The position numbers and the translations under genes are program-made. From Candidatus Nomurabacteria bacterium RIFCSPHIGHO2_12_FULL_42_19 (lineage in GTDB: Bacteria; Patescibacteriota; Minisyncoccia; Phycocordibacterales; UBA9973), in NCBI GenBank assembly GCA_001786955.1, contig MFUM01000005.1:24645-88644 (forward strand): a DNA stretch of 64,000 nt, read 5' to 3'. A model generated the notes under the pieces. The model worked only from the letters and a program-made list of their open reading frames with translations. It had not been told where the DNA came from and did no database searches. Shown here one piece after another: positions 47,317 to 57,114 of this stretch (position 1 is the stretch's first letter; each line of letters begins with the position of its first letter).

Positions 47317-48319
47317 ACTTCCATATTTAACGAAACTAATCATGAAACTTGCGCCAAAAGTCGGTGCCAAAGTTGTTGTTGAGCCGGAGTGGGGCATTGC
47401 TTCGCAGATTATTTATAAAAACGGGGTAGTGAGGTCGCTTCGCTATCTTTCTTTGGATCTTAATCACACAGCTTCTTCAGACATTGCAAAAGATAAAGAT
47501 TATGCCAAGTTTTTTATGGAGAAGCGAGGATATCCGATAGCTAAAGGCCAAACTTTTTTTGAAGATAATTGGGCGAAAATATTAAAAAACAAGAGAACAA
47601 TTTTTACAGCTGTGAAATATGTACAGAAGTCGGGCTACCCCGTCATTGTGAAACCAAATAGTAAAAGCCAAGGAGTTGATGTCGGACTCGTCTGGAATAA
47701 AAAAGAATTAATTTCTGCGCTCCGTAAAGTTTTTAAAGGTGACAGAGTGGCTCTTATTGAGCGATATATGCCTGGACGTGATTATCGCATTGTTGTTTTA
47801 GGCAAAGACATAATTTCTGCATATGAACGTATACCACTATCTGTAATGGGGGATGGGAAAAGTTCTGTTCTTGCGCTTCTCAAACAAAAACAAAAATCTT
47901 TCTTTGCATCCGGAAGGGATACGCAAATCAATTTTGACGATGCCAGAATAAAAATGAAATTACATAGGCAAGGATATTCCCTTACAAGCATTCTTCCGAA
48001 AGGCGAGAAAATTTTTCTGCTAGATAATGCGAATTTATCTACTGGCGGGGATTCTGTTGATGTGACAAATGCAATCCATCCGGGTTTTAAAAAAATTGCG
48101 GTAAATTTAACTCGGGACATGGGTTTGCGGATAGCGGGAGTGGATATAATGGTGCGAAAGGGAGACATTGCAAAAAATCCGAGGAGTTGTAATTATTATA
48201 TTATTGAAATAAATGCCGCTCCCGGGCTGGACCACTATGTGACGACTGGCCCGGCACAAAAAAGAATTGTAGAAGCAATGTATTTGAAAGTTCTCCAAGC
48301 GCTTGGAAAGAAAGATTAG
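47300..48319 (+). CDS. Stand-alone ATP-grasp ligase (cyanophycin synthetase/GshF-like domain)
   Basis: AKDK, YPVIVKP, G.DYR, ANLSTGG...DVT, GVDI, IIEINAAPG. Confidence 0.85.
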   Translation: MAKRNKLPYLTKLIMKLAPKVGAKVVVEPEWGIASQIIYKNGVVRSLRYLSLDLNHTASSDIAKDKDYAKFFMEKRGYPIAKGQTFFEDNWAKILKNKRTIFTAVKYVQKSGYPVIVKPNSKSQGVDVGLVWNKKELISALRKVFKGDRVALIERYMPGRDYRIVVLGKDIISAYERIPLSVMGDGKSSVLALLKQKQKSFFASGRDTQINFDDARIKMKLHRQGYSLTSILPKGEKIFLLDNANLSTGGDSVDVTNAIHPGFKKIAVNLTRDMGLRIAGVDIMVRKGDIAKNPRSCNYYIIEINAAPGLDHYVTTGPAQKRIVEAMYLKVLQALGKKD

Positions 48320-48337
48320 TTGGAGTATATTAAGTAA

Positions 48338-48724
48338 ATGAAAAAGTCTGTTAAAAAAGCTACCAAGCACAAAAGACCGTCCTGGGACGAGTATTTTCTT
48401 GACATAGTGAATGTTGTTGGTTCGCGGGCTACCTGCGATAAAGGCGGAAGTGGATGTGTCATAACTCATGATAATAGGATAGTTTCTACCGGATACACCG
48501 GTTCGCTCTCGGGATTACCGCATTGCAACGAAGTAGGTCATGACATAAAATCGGACCAATGCTTACGGACTATTCATGCTGAACACAATGCTATATCCCA
48601 GGCTCTGAAGTTTGGGGTTCCGCTCGACAATACCACGATGTATTGTAAAATAGCGCCATGTCCGGCTTGCGCCAAAATGGCCGCCAGTTTAGGGATTAAA
48701 AAAGTTGTAGTGGAAGAAAAATAA
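48338..48724 (+). CDS. dCMP deaminase
   Basis: RPSWDEYF, R.TC, STGY.G, HAEHNA, PCPAC. Confidence 0.9.
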   Translation: MKKSVKKATKHKRPSWDEYFLDIVNVVGSRATCDKGGSGCVITHDNRIVSTGYTGSLSGLPHCNEVGHDIKSDQCLRTIHAEHNAISQALKFGVPLDNTTMYCKIAPCPACAKMAASLGIKKVVVEEK

Positions 48725-48727
48725 TTT

Positions 48728-49057
48728 ATGATTGATTTAAAGGAACTGCAAAAAGAAGTAATGCGAAATAAGCTGGAGAAAGGATTCAACACGACTGATA
48801 TTGCGTTGGAGTTTTGTCATGCCCACGAAGAACTCTCAGAGGCATTTCATAAATATAATAAACGTGAAGAAGGTGTGGCGGAAGAAATTGCCGATGTGGC
48901 AATCTTTTTACTTGGCGTGTCCGGAATTATTGGTTTTGATTTAGAAAAAGAATTAGTCAGAAAAATTGAAATCAATAAACATAGAAAATATAAAAAAAAG
49001 AAATCTCCTGATGGTAAAGATGTTTTTATCCGGATAAAAACCAGAAAAGATCCTTAG
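48728..49057 (+). CDS. MazG-like nucleotide pyrophosphohydrolase
   Basis: EELSEA...EEIADV, K...N..R.Y. Confidence 0.85.
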   Translation: MIDLKELQKEVMRNKLEKGFNTTDIALEFCHAHEELSEAFHKYNKREEGVAEEIADVAIFLLGVSGIIGFDLEKELVRKIEINKHRKYKKKKSPDGKDVFIRIKTRKDP

Positions 49058-49542
49058 ATTTTTTTATAAATCGAGAAAGTGTATGGAATTGGATTTTTTT
49101 CGTCTGCTTCATGCTCTTCGTGAAATACCTCATTCCAAGCGGCCAGAATAATTTCAGGGAAAAAGACGTCGGCATCTTTTTCTTCGGCTTCAATGTGTGT
49201 AATATAAAGTTTATCGGCGATAGGCATAATTTGTTTATATATTTCCGCTCCGCCGATTATAAAAATTTCTTCATTTGTATCTTTAATCAAATCAAGTGCG
49301 CCCGCGAGCGACTGCGCGACCTCAATTCCTTCTTTTTTATATTTTACATCCCGCGAAATTACAATATTTCTCCTGTTGGGCAAAGGTCTTCCTATGGATT
49401 CAAAAGTTTTTCTGCCCATTATGACTGAGTGGAGCGTTGTAATTTCTTTGAAATGTTTCTGGTCAGCAGGGAATTTCCAGAGCAGATTATTGCCTTTTCC
49501 GAGTTCATTATTTTTACCGATAGCCGCGATAAGTGAAATCAT
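49054..49542 (-). CDS. folA: Dihydrofolate reductase
   Basis: IAAI, L.W..P.D..HF, IMGRKTFESIGRPLPNRRNIV, IIGGAEIY, D.FFP. Confidence 0.96.
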   Translation of the reverse strand: MISLIAAIGKNNELGKGNNLLWKFPADQKHFKEITTLHSVIMGRKTFESIGRPLPNRRNIVISRDVKYKKEGIEVAQSLAGALDLIKDTNEEIFIIGGAEIYKQIMPIADKLYITHIEAEEKDADVFFPEIILAAWNEVFHEEHEADEKNPIPYTFSIYKKI

Positions 49543-50391
49543 TTATTTAACTATATCAAGACCCAATATAGGGTCATTTGGTTTATAAAATGGAGCGAAT
49601 GCCTCATAAATTTCACCTACCAATTTTTCGTCTCTTTTCTCCGCCCGGTCATAAATATTTTCCGGTAATTTTGGAAAAATATTTAAATGGTCATTTTTTC
49701 TGTTTATCAGCTCTTTTGCTCCTTCATAATGATTATCATAAATATGCGCGTTGGAAATGCTGTGCGTGTAAATACCCGGCTTGACGCCCAACTTTTGCGC
49801 AAGCGCATACATCAAGAGGCAAAAACCGAAAGTGTCAAACGGACAGCCCAGCATCATATCGTTTGAACGCACAATATTGTGTAAATGCAATCGTCCGCCG
49901 ATGATATTGGCTGTAAAAGCAAAAGGGCAGGGCGCGTTTTTTTTGTATGTTCCTTTCAAGTCTTTCCCGTAAAGTCCGTCATCTCCCGGGTCCCAGGTGA
50001 CCACCACCCCTTGCCTTGAATGTGGCTCATTTTGCAGATGCTTTATCAATTGGTCCAGCTGGTCCCGCCCAAAGTGATGCCGCCACCTGTATCCATAGGC
50101 GGAAGTTATGGTTCCATCTTCTTCAATAAACTCATCCCACATTTTCGTGTATTGCCGCAAAAAAGCTGTATCTTTATCGCCGGTAATAAACCAGACTTGT
50201 TCGGCGATTGGCGATTTGATTGGATTCTTGCGGAGAGTAAGAATAGGGAAACCTTCTTTCTCCACATCAATTTGGAAGCTAACTCCGGGCAATATTTTTA
50301 ATTTATGTCCCGTACGCTCGTTTAATTCTTCTATGCCTTCTTCCATTATTTTTTTGATGATATTTTGGTAGATTGTGTCGAAAGTTGTCAT
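49543..50391 (-). CDS. thyA: Thymidylate synthase-family enzyme (Asp at the Asn177-equivalent position)
   Basis: ERTG, AYG.RWR, DQL, PC catalytic Cys, RSND..LG.PFD, HIYDNH; adjacent to folA. Confidence 0.88.
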   Translation of the reverse strand: MTTFDTIYQNIIKKIMEEGIEELNERTGHKLKILPGVSFQIDVEKEGFPILTLRKNPIKSPIAEQVWFITGDKDTAFLRQYTKMWDEFIEEDGTITSAYGYRWRHHFGRDQLDQLIKHLQNEPHSRQGVVVTWDPGDDGLYGKDLKGTYKKNAPCPFAFTANIIGGRLHLHNIVRSNDMMLGCPFDTFGFCLLMYALAQKLGVKPGIYTHSISNAHIYDNHYEGAKELINRKNDHLNIFPKLPENIYDRAEKRDEKLVGEIYEAFAPFYKPNDPILGLDIVK

Positions 50392-50405
50392 ATAGTAAAG
50401 TATAT

Positions 50406-50927
50406 ATGAATAAAAAAATTATGGAAAGTAATCAAAAAAATACCAAATACCAATCTCCTTATGTACCACCCGGACAGACTATTTTTTATGTTCCAATCTC
50501 TAATAAATATATGGCAGAAGCTAAAGAATACGCACGTCTTCACTCTTTAGATAAAGAAATGCCGAACACCAGCCTGATTGTGAAAGACGACAAGGTTATC
50601 GGTCGAGGCGCAAATGGCAGCGTTTATCATCAGACCCACGAATGTGAACGCGTCAAACGGCATATTCCTACCGGAGAAGGTTACGAACTTTGCGAAGGAT
50701 GTCATCCGAAAAATCATGGCGAAGGCCGCGCCATCCAAGATGCAAAAGACAGAGGGCATGATGTGTCAGGGGCGGATCTTTATATGTGGGGACATTGGTG
50801 GTGTTGCGAGCCGTGCTGGAACAAAATGATTGGGGCGGGGATAAAAAACGTTTACTTATTAGAAAACAGCGAAATTTTTTTCAATAAAAAAGATTCCGAG
50901 AATATAATAGGGCATCAATTTGAATAA
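50406..50927 (+). CDS. Second cytidine/deoxycytidylate deaminase-family protein
   Basis: IGRGAN, extra CER...CEGCH cluster, HGE..AI, WWCCEPC, AGIKNV. Confidence 0.8.
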   Translation: MNKKIMESNQKNTKYQSPYVPPGQTIFYVPISNKYMAEAKEYARLHSLDKEMPNTSLIVKDDKVIGRGANGSVYHQTHECERVKRHIPTGEGYELCEGCHPKNHGEGRAIQDAKDRGHDVSGADLYMWGHWWCCEPCWNKMIGAGIKNVYLLENSEIFFNKKDSENIIGHQFE

Positions 50928-50928
50928 A

Positions 50929-51360
50929 ATGAAAAAGAAACTTTATATTGGTTGTAGTCTGACTCTCTTGCCCGCCGATAAAAAAGACACTTTTTTACAA
51001 ATGGTGGAGGAGGTAAAAAAAGAACTTAGCAAATCTTTTGAAATTTTGGAATTCAAAGGATTGGCTGATCTTTCGACCGCTCACCCGCTTTCTCCGCGAG
51101 AAATTTATGATTTTGATATAAAAAATTGTGTAATGAAAGCGGATTGCATGCTCGCAATTTGCGACTATCCTTCCATCGGTCTTGGATATGAAATGGCAAC
51201 CGCTATAGAAAAAAGAGGTATTCCTGTCCTGGCGGTGGCGCACAGAGAGCGGACGGTCGGCAGGATTATCAGGGGAATTGACCACAAAAATTTTCTCTTC
51301 GTGTATTATGATTCTTTGGGTGAAATTATCACAAAAACCATAGAAACATTGACAAAATAA
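50929..51360 (+). CDS. Nucleoside 2-deoxyribosyltransferase / DNPH1(Rcl)-like nucleotide N-hydrolase
   Basis: LYIG.S, D...V..AD..LA....PSIGLGYE. Confidence 0.75.
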   Translation: MKKKLYIGCSLTLLPADKKDTFLQMVEEVKKELSKSFEILEFKGLADLSTAHPLSPREIYDFDIKNCVMKADCMLAICDYPSIGLGYEMATAIEKRGIPVLAVAHRERTVGRIIRGIDHKNFLFVYYDSLGEIITKTIETLTK

Positions 51361-51421
51361 GTTATAAATGCTACTCTTGAAATATCATTCTCATCTACTA
51401 ACATATTGGGAGTGACCCATT

Positions 51422-52687
51422 ATGTACACACACAAGACGGCTCATCCGAAAAAATTCGGAAGCCACACTTCTGCCTTTCGGGCGAAACCTCGTTTCGGTG
51501 GGGGAAAGTTTAATAATTCCCGCCCACATTCTTTTAAGAGAGTGGGTGGAAATAACAAAAGAAGCCGCGGAGAACGGATAGATTTTTCGCGTTTCGTTAA
51601 AAAAAATGTTTACGTGGAGGAGAAAGCTTATATACCCAAGCATAGTTTTGCCGATTTTCCTTTTCATCCGCAACTTCATAAAAATATTACAAAAGCCGGA
51701 TATACAAATCCAAGACCCATTCAGGACCAAGCAATGCTAGCGGTTATGGAAGGCAAGGATGTTTTTGGCATGGCCAATACCGGCACGGGTAAAACTGCGG
51801 CCTTTCTGCTTCCTTTGATAGAAAAAATTTCCAAAACCAAAGGGCAAGCCAAAAGAGAAACGGTCTTAATAATGGCGCCAACCCGCGAGCTCGCGCTGCA
51901 GATAGAGGCTGATTTTAAAAATCTTGCTTTTGGTCTCGGGATGTTTTCGGTTGCCTGCGTGGGAGGACTGCCGATAATGAAGCAAATCAGGGAAATAAAA
52001 ATGGGAGTTTCGTTCGTCATCGGCACACCCGGACGTTTGCGGGATTTGATTGATAAAAAGGTTTTAAACTTGTCTACCTGTCATAGTGTAGTCCTTGACG
52101 AAGCTGACCGAATGCTCGATATGGGATTTCGGGACGATATGGTTTATATAATCGGCAAGACTCCGAAAGAGCGCCAGACGCTTTTCTTTTCAGCGACGCT
52201 TTCTCCGGATATTAGAAAATTAACCGAACAGTATCTGAAAGACCCGGTTTTTATTTCCGTAATTTCCGGCGAGACATTGAAAAATATTGACCAGGATGTT
52301 ATTCGTGTTCGAGGTAAAGAAGAAAAACTGGAAAAACTGCACGAAGTTTTGAAAAAAGATGGTTCGGATAAAGTTTTAATTTTCCGCGAAATGAAACATA
52401 GTGTGGACACCCTTGCTAAAGAACTTAAACATATGGGATTCAAAGCGGAAGGCATTCACGGAGATAAAAGAAGCCGCGAACGCATTAAAATTTTGGATTC
52501 GTTTAAGAAAGACCAAATAAATATATTAATTGCGACGGATGTCGCCGCTAGGGGGCTCGATATTCCGGATGTCACTCACGTCATCAACTACGACGTGCCG
52601 CAGACCTACGACACATACGTGCACCGCATCGGCCGAACCGGTCGCTCCGGCAAAAAGGGAACAGCGCTTACTTTCGTTCCAGCCTAA
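51422..52687 (+). CDS. DEAD-box RNA helicase
   Basis: TGTGKT, PTRELA, TPGR, DEAD, SAT, ARGLD, HRIGRTGR. Confidence 0.97.
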   Translation: MYTHKTAHPKKFGSHTSAFRAKPRFGGGKFNNSRPHSFKRVGGNNKRSRGERIDFSRFVKKNVYVEEKAYIPKHSFADFPFHPQLHKNITKAGYTNPRPIQDQAMLAVMEGKDVFGMANTGTGKTAAFLLPLIEKISKTKGQAKRETVLIMAPTRELALQIEADFKNLAFGLGMFSVACVGGLPIMKQIREIKMGVSFVIGTPGRLRDLIDKKVLNLSTCHSVVLDEADRMLDMGFRDDMVYIIGKTPKERQTLFFSATLSPDIRKLTEQYLKDPVFISVISGETLKNIDQDVIRVRGKEEKLEKLHEVLKKDGSDKVLIFREMKHSVDTLAKELKHMGFKAEGIHGDKRSRERIKILDSFKKDQINILIATDVAARGLDIPDVTHVINYDVPQTYDTYVHRIGRTGRSGKKGTALTFVPA

Positions 52688-52704
52688 TTACTCTTAAACT
52701 AAAG

Positions 52705-52747
52705 AAGTCTCGCGAGGACCTCTTTAGGTCTTGCGAGACTTGATTTT
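52705..52747. terminator. Intrinsic terminator-like hairpin after the DEAD helicase
   Basis: AAGTCTCGCGAGGACCT...AGGTCTTGCGAGACTT followed by GATTTT. Confidence 0.7.
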
Positions 52748-52758
52748 GCCGATAGTGG

Positions 52759-53004
52759 TCAGTGGATTGTGCATTTTTGGCCGACAGCCATCCACAGAGC
52801 CCGGCCAGCGCAGCTCTCGCTGCAGTAGTCTCCAAAGAGCGGGGACTTTGCACTTGTGATATCAGGAACCAACCGGTAGCACGTGGCCCCCTTCTCTATC
52901 ACGACCCCGCAACCGGCTTTGCAGGGTTTGGTCTTTTCAGCCACCCGTTTTCCGCTCCTCTCCCTACTAAAAAGAGGAGCACTTGGATTTGGTTTCATGT
53001 ACAC
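52759..53004 (-). CDS. Small putative Zn-binding protein
   Basis: CKAGC...YCSESC pattern; co-oriented downstream of rpmB; start uncertain. Confidence 0.4.
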   Translation of the reverse strand: MYMKPNPSAPLFSRERSGKRVAEKTKPCKAGCGVVIEKGATCYRLVPDITSAKSPLFGDYCSESCAGRALWMAVGQKCTIH

Positions 53005-53029
53005 CTCTCGTTGAAATTATAATTTTTTC

Positions 53030-53278
53030 TTACGCTTTTATCAATCCAGCTTTTAGGAGCGTGGCATAAGCGCCGCGCTTTTTCATGGTGCGCAGGCCGC
53101 GGGCGGAAATTTCTATATTAATTGTTTTATTGAGTTCGGGAATAAAAACTTTCTTTTTCTGAAGATTCGGATATTTTCGGACCTTGCCGGTCGGGTTGAA
53201 TTTAGTGGCGCGGGTTCTGTTGGAGTATCCGCCTCCGACAATTGAACTCTTTTTAGTTACTGCACATATTTTTTTCAT
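53030..53278 (-). CDS. rpmB: 50S ribosomal protein L28
   Basis: C.VT.K....G..YS..R..K.YPNLQ, ISARGLRT. Confidence 0.88.
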   Translation of the reverse strand: MKKICAVTKKSSIVGGGYSNRTRATKFNPTGKVRKYPNLQKKKVFIPELNKTINIEISARGLRTMKKRGAYATLLKAGLIKA

Positions 53279-53319
53279 GCCGTTCATGCTATCATTAAAT
53301 TTATAAGAACGCAAATAAT

Positions 53320-53940
53320 ATGGTAGGAATTGATGCAATTTTTTATATCGCTATATTGATTATGTCTATCGTGATTCACGAAGTTTCACACGGCTTTATG
53401 GCGGAATATTTCGGCGATAATACTGCCAGAAATGCCGGCCGTCTGACCCTGAACCCGCTCAAGCACTTGGATTTATTCGGCTCAATAATCTTGCCGGCTT
53501 TCCTCATTTTATCTAAGGCCGGATTCCTCTTCGGCTGGGCAAAACCCGTGCCCTACAATCCTGACAATTTAAGCGACAGGAAATGGGGGACAATAGCCGT
53601 TGCCGTTGCCGGAGTCTCGGCCAATTTTCTTATTGCGATTGTATTTGGACTGATTATTCGTTTTAGTTCCAGTTTTGTCCTGCCATCCGGCTTTTATTTT
53701 ATAACTTCCGCAATCGTAATCGTGAATTTAGCTTTGGGAATTTTTAATTTAATCCCAATTCCGCCCCTGGATGGCTCCAAGATACTTTTTTCTTTCTTAC
53801 CCGAGTCATTTTCTTCATTTATTTTTGCTTATGAGCAATACGCGCTGATTTTATTGCTCGTTTTTATTATTTTCTTTTCCGGTTATCTATATCCGATACT
53901 GGCTTTTCTTTTCCATATTGCTACCGGTCTTGCATTTTAG
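53320..53940 (+). CDS. Site-2 protease (M50) family protein
   Basis: HEVSHG, GRLTLNPLKH, FGWAKPVP, NLIPIPPLDG. Confidence 0.93.
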   Translation: MVGIDAIFYIAILIMSIVIHEVSHGFMAEYFGDNTARNAGRLTLNPLKHLDLFGSIILPAFLILSKAGFLFGWAKPVPYNPDNLSDRKWGTIAVAVAGVSANFLIAIVFGLIIRFSSSFVLPSGFYFITSAIVIVNLALGIFNLIPIPPLDGSKILFSFLPESFSSFIFAYEQYALILLLVFIIFFSGYLYPILAFLFHIATGLAF

Positions 53941-53991
53941 ATTTAAAAATAGTATATTAATTTAAGTCCTTTTAGGGACTTTTTGTTTCAT

Positions 53992-54459
53992 ATGCCGACA
54001 ATCAATCAATTAATCAAGAAAAATAGGGTCAAAGTCCGCTCCAAAACAAAGACAGTGGCTCTGGCCAGGGGATTTAATGTTCTGAAAAACAGACCGGTTT
54101 ATTTCCCGGCGCCTTTCAAGCGCGGCGTTTGCGTGAAAGTCTCAACCACGACTCCCAAAAAGCCGAACTCGGCTCTGCGAAAAATTGCAAGAGTGCGCCT
54201 GACCAATGGAATGGAAGTGACGGCTTATATCCCGGGTGAAGGGCACAATCTGCAAGAACACTCCGTGGTCATGCTCCGCGGAGGGCGCGTGAAAGATTTG
54301 ATCGGAGTCCGATATCACATCGTGCGCGGAGTTTTGGATACCCAAGGAATCGAAAAGCGCCGACAAGGCAGGTCTCTTTATGGGAATAAAAAGCCGAGAA
54401 AAGAAGGGAAAGCCAAAGCTCTCAAAGTAAATGTGGGCGACAAAGAAGCAAATGGTTAA
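53992..54459 (+). CDS. rpsL: 30S ribosomal protein S12
   Basis: [35 protein letters not shown]. Confidence 0.98.
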   Translation: MPTINQLIKKNRVKVRSKTKTVALARGFNVLKNRPVYFPAPFKRGVCVKVSTTTPKKPNSALRKIARVRLTNGMEVTAYIPGEGHNLQEHSVVMLRGGRVKDLIGVRYHIVRGVLDTQGIEKRRQGRSLYGNKKPRKEGKAKALKVNVGDKEANG

Positions 54460-54468
54460 TGAATTTTT

Positions 54469-54939
54469 ATGCGCAGAAAAATAAAAAATCGTAATATTGT
54501 GGAGCCGGATTTTATATACAATTCCCAGAAACTGGAGAAGTTTATCAACTACATTATGTGGTCCGGCAAAAAAGAAACCGCCCGGAAGGTTATGTATCAG
54601 GCTTTTGATATTATCAAAGAAAAGACAGGCAACCCGAATCCATTGGAAATTTTTGACTTGGCATTAAGAAATGCCGGTCCGACGACCGAAGTGCGTTCCA
54701 AGCGCATCGGGGGCGCGAATTACCAAGTGCCGATAGAAGTCCGTCCCGAACGCAGGCTAGCGCTTGCGATGCGCTGGATTCGCGATGCAGCTCGCAATAG
54801 CAAAGGACGTCCAATGCATTTGAAACTCGCCGACGAATTGATTGCCGCTTCCAAGAATGAAGGCTCGGCGATTAAAAAGAAAGAAGACACTCACAAGATG
54901 GCCGAAGCCAACAAGGCTTTTGCGCACTTCGCCTGGTAA
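54469..54939 (+). CDS. rpsG: 30S ribosomal protein S7
   Basis: GKK..A, RIGGANYQVP, HKMAEANKAFAHF. Confidence 0.98.
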   Translation: MRRKIKNRNIVEPDFIYNSQKLEKFINYIMWSGKKETARKVMYQAFDIIKEKTGNPNPLEIFDLALRNAGPTTEVRSKRIGGANYQVPIEVRPERRLALAMRWIRDAARNSKGRPMHLKLADELIAASKNEGSAIKKKEDTHKMAEANKAFAHFAW

Positions 54940-54948
54940 TTTAAATAT

Positions 54949-57114
54949 ATGGAACGAGACTATCCTTTAGAAAAAGTTAGAAATTTTGGAATTATCGCGC
55001 ATATTGACGCGGGCAAGACGACTACCACGGAGCGGGTGCTTTTTTATACCGGCGTCTCTCACAAAATCGGTGAAGTGCATGAAGGCGATACGGTTACCGA
55101 CTGGATGGAGCAGGAGCGAGAGCGTGGAATTACTATTACTTCCGCGGCTGTCACATGTTTTTGGACTCCAACTTACGATTTAAAAAATAAAAATTTAAAA
55201 CACCGTTTTAATATAATAGATACTCCCGGACACATTGATTTTACCGTAGAAGTGAAACGCTCCCTCCGCGTTTTGGACGGCGCGGTCGTCGTTTTTGACG
55301 GGGTAGCCGGAGTGGAGCCGCAATCCGAGACAAACTGGCGCTATGCGGATGAAGCCAAAGTTCCCCGCATTTGTTTTATTAACAAACTAGACAGAACCGG
55401 AGCTTCTTTCGAACATTCATATGCGACTATTTTGGACCGGCTCAGCAAAAAAGCCGTTCGGATGCAGATTCCCATCGGGCTTGAAGAAAAACATGAAGGA
55501 GTTATAGACCTTATGCGTATGAAGGCTTATTATTTTGAAGGAGAAATGGGTAATAAGGTAATTGAAAAAGACCTGACTGCGCAGGCAGGAATTCCGGAGA
55601 GCCTAATAGCCGAAGCGGAAAAATACCGCAGTGAGCTTATTGAAAAAATAGTTGAGACAGACGAGGCAATGATGACCGAATATTTGGAAGGTGTTATTCC
55701 AAATATGGATGTTTTAAAGAAGACTCTTCGTAAAGCCGTCATCAATAATGAAATTTTTCCGGTCTTTGCCGGCTCGGCGCTGAAGAACAAAGGCGTCCAG
55801 CTTGTGCTTGATGCTGTCGTTGACTATTTGCCGGCCCCAACGGATATTCCGCCGATTCCGGGCATTAATCCGGGTACCGAAGAACCTTTGGAACGTCATG
55901 CTTCTGATTCAGAACCGTTTGCAGCATTGGCTTTCAAAGTGGCGACCGATCCATTCGTCGGACAGATTATTTTTTTCCGCGTTTACTCCGGGAGCTTGAT
56001 GGCCGGGTCTTATGTCTATAATCCACGCACGCGCAACAAAGAACGCATCGGCCGGATTCTCCGGATGCATGCCAATGACCGCGAAGAGGTGAAACAGGTT
56101 TTTGCCGGAGAAATCGCGGCGGCCGTGGGATTGAAAGATACGATTACCTCCGATACTATTTGCGATGAGAACAATCCGATTGAATTGAATAGAATTGTTT
56201 TTCCCGAGCCGGTCATATCGCTGAGAATTGAGCCGAAAACCAAAGCTGACCAGGAAAAAATGGGCATGGCTTTGAACCGCCTGGCCCAGGAAGACCCTAC
56301 TTTCAAAGTAACCACTGACCAGGAAACGGGAGAAACAATTATCGCCGGAATGGGAGAATTACATTTGGAAATTATTGTGGACCGTATGAAGCGCGAGTTT
56401 ACTGTGGAAGCGAATGTCGGTAAGCCACAGGTCGCATACCGCGAGACCATCACCGGCACATCGGAAGCGGAAGGAAAATACATCAAGCAGTCGGGCGGAC
56501 GCGGAAACTACGGGCACGTAAAAATTAAAGTAAAGCCGATGGAAATGCTGACCAAGGAAGAACTGGAAGACTTGCCGAAAAACACGAAAAGATCCGCGGG
56601 TTTTGAATTCGTCAACAGCATTAGAGGAGGCGTAATCCCGCAGGAATATATCGCGCCCTGTGAAAAAGGATTCAAAGAAGGGCTAGACCGCGGGGTTTTG
56701 GCCGGATTTAAAATAGTAAATGTATCGGTAGATCTTTGGGACGGAAGCTATCACGAAGTTGACTCCAATGAAATGGCTTTCAAAATTGCCGCTTCAATGG
56801 CAATTCAGGATGCCTGCCGTCGCGCCAATCCGATGATTTTAGAACCGATGATGAAAGTGGAAGTTGTCACGCCGGATAAATTTATGGGAGATGTTACCGG
56901 GAATCTTTCTTCCAAGCGTGCCCTAATTGAGGGAATGGAAGACCGCGGAATGAATAAAGTTATTAAAGCGATTGTGCCTCTTTCTGAAATGTTTGGTTAT
57001 ATGACCGGACTGCGTTCTATGACCGAAGGCCGCGCGTCCTTCACGATGGAATTCTTTAGATACGATATTGTGCCAAACAATGTCGCGGAGACTATTATTG
57101 CTGCCAGAAAATAG
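54949..57114 (+). CDS. fusA: Elongation factor G
   Basis: [36 protein letters not shown]. Confidence 0.99.
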   Translation: MERDYPLEKVRNFGIIAHIDAGKTTTTERVLFYTGVSHKIGEVHEGDTVTDWMEQERERGITITSAAVTCFWTPTYDLKNKNLKHRFNIIDTPGHIDFTVEVKRSLRVLDGAVVVFDGVAGVEPQSETNWRYADEAKVPRICFINKLDRTGASFEHSYATILDRLSKKAVRMQIPIGLEEKHEGVIDLMRMKAYYFEGEMGNKVIEKDLTAQAGIPESLIAEAEKYRSELIEKIVETDEAMMTEYLEGVIPNMDVLKKTLRKAVINNEIFPVFAGSALKNKGVQLVLDAVVDYLPAPTDIPPIPGINPGTEEPLERHASDSEPFAALAFKVATDPFVGQIIFFRVYSGSLMAGSYVYNPRTRNKERIGRILRMHANDREEVKQVFAGEIAAAVGLKDTITSDTICDENNPIELNRIVFPEPVISLRIEPKTKADQEKMGMALNRLAQEDPTFKVTTDQETGETIIAGMGELHLEIIVDRMKREFTVEANVGKPQVAYRETITGTSEAEGKYIKQSGGRGNYGHVKIKVKPMEMLTKEELEDLPKNTKRSAGFEFVNSIRGGVIPQEYIAPCEKGFKEGLDRGVLAGFKIVNVSVDLWDGSYHEVDSNEMAFKIAASMAIQDACRRANPMILEPMMKVEVVTPDKFMGDVTGNLSSKRALIEGMEDRGMNKVIKAIVPLSEMFGYMTGLRSMTEGRASFTMEFFRYDIVPNNVAETIIAARK

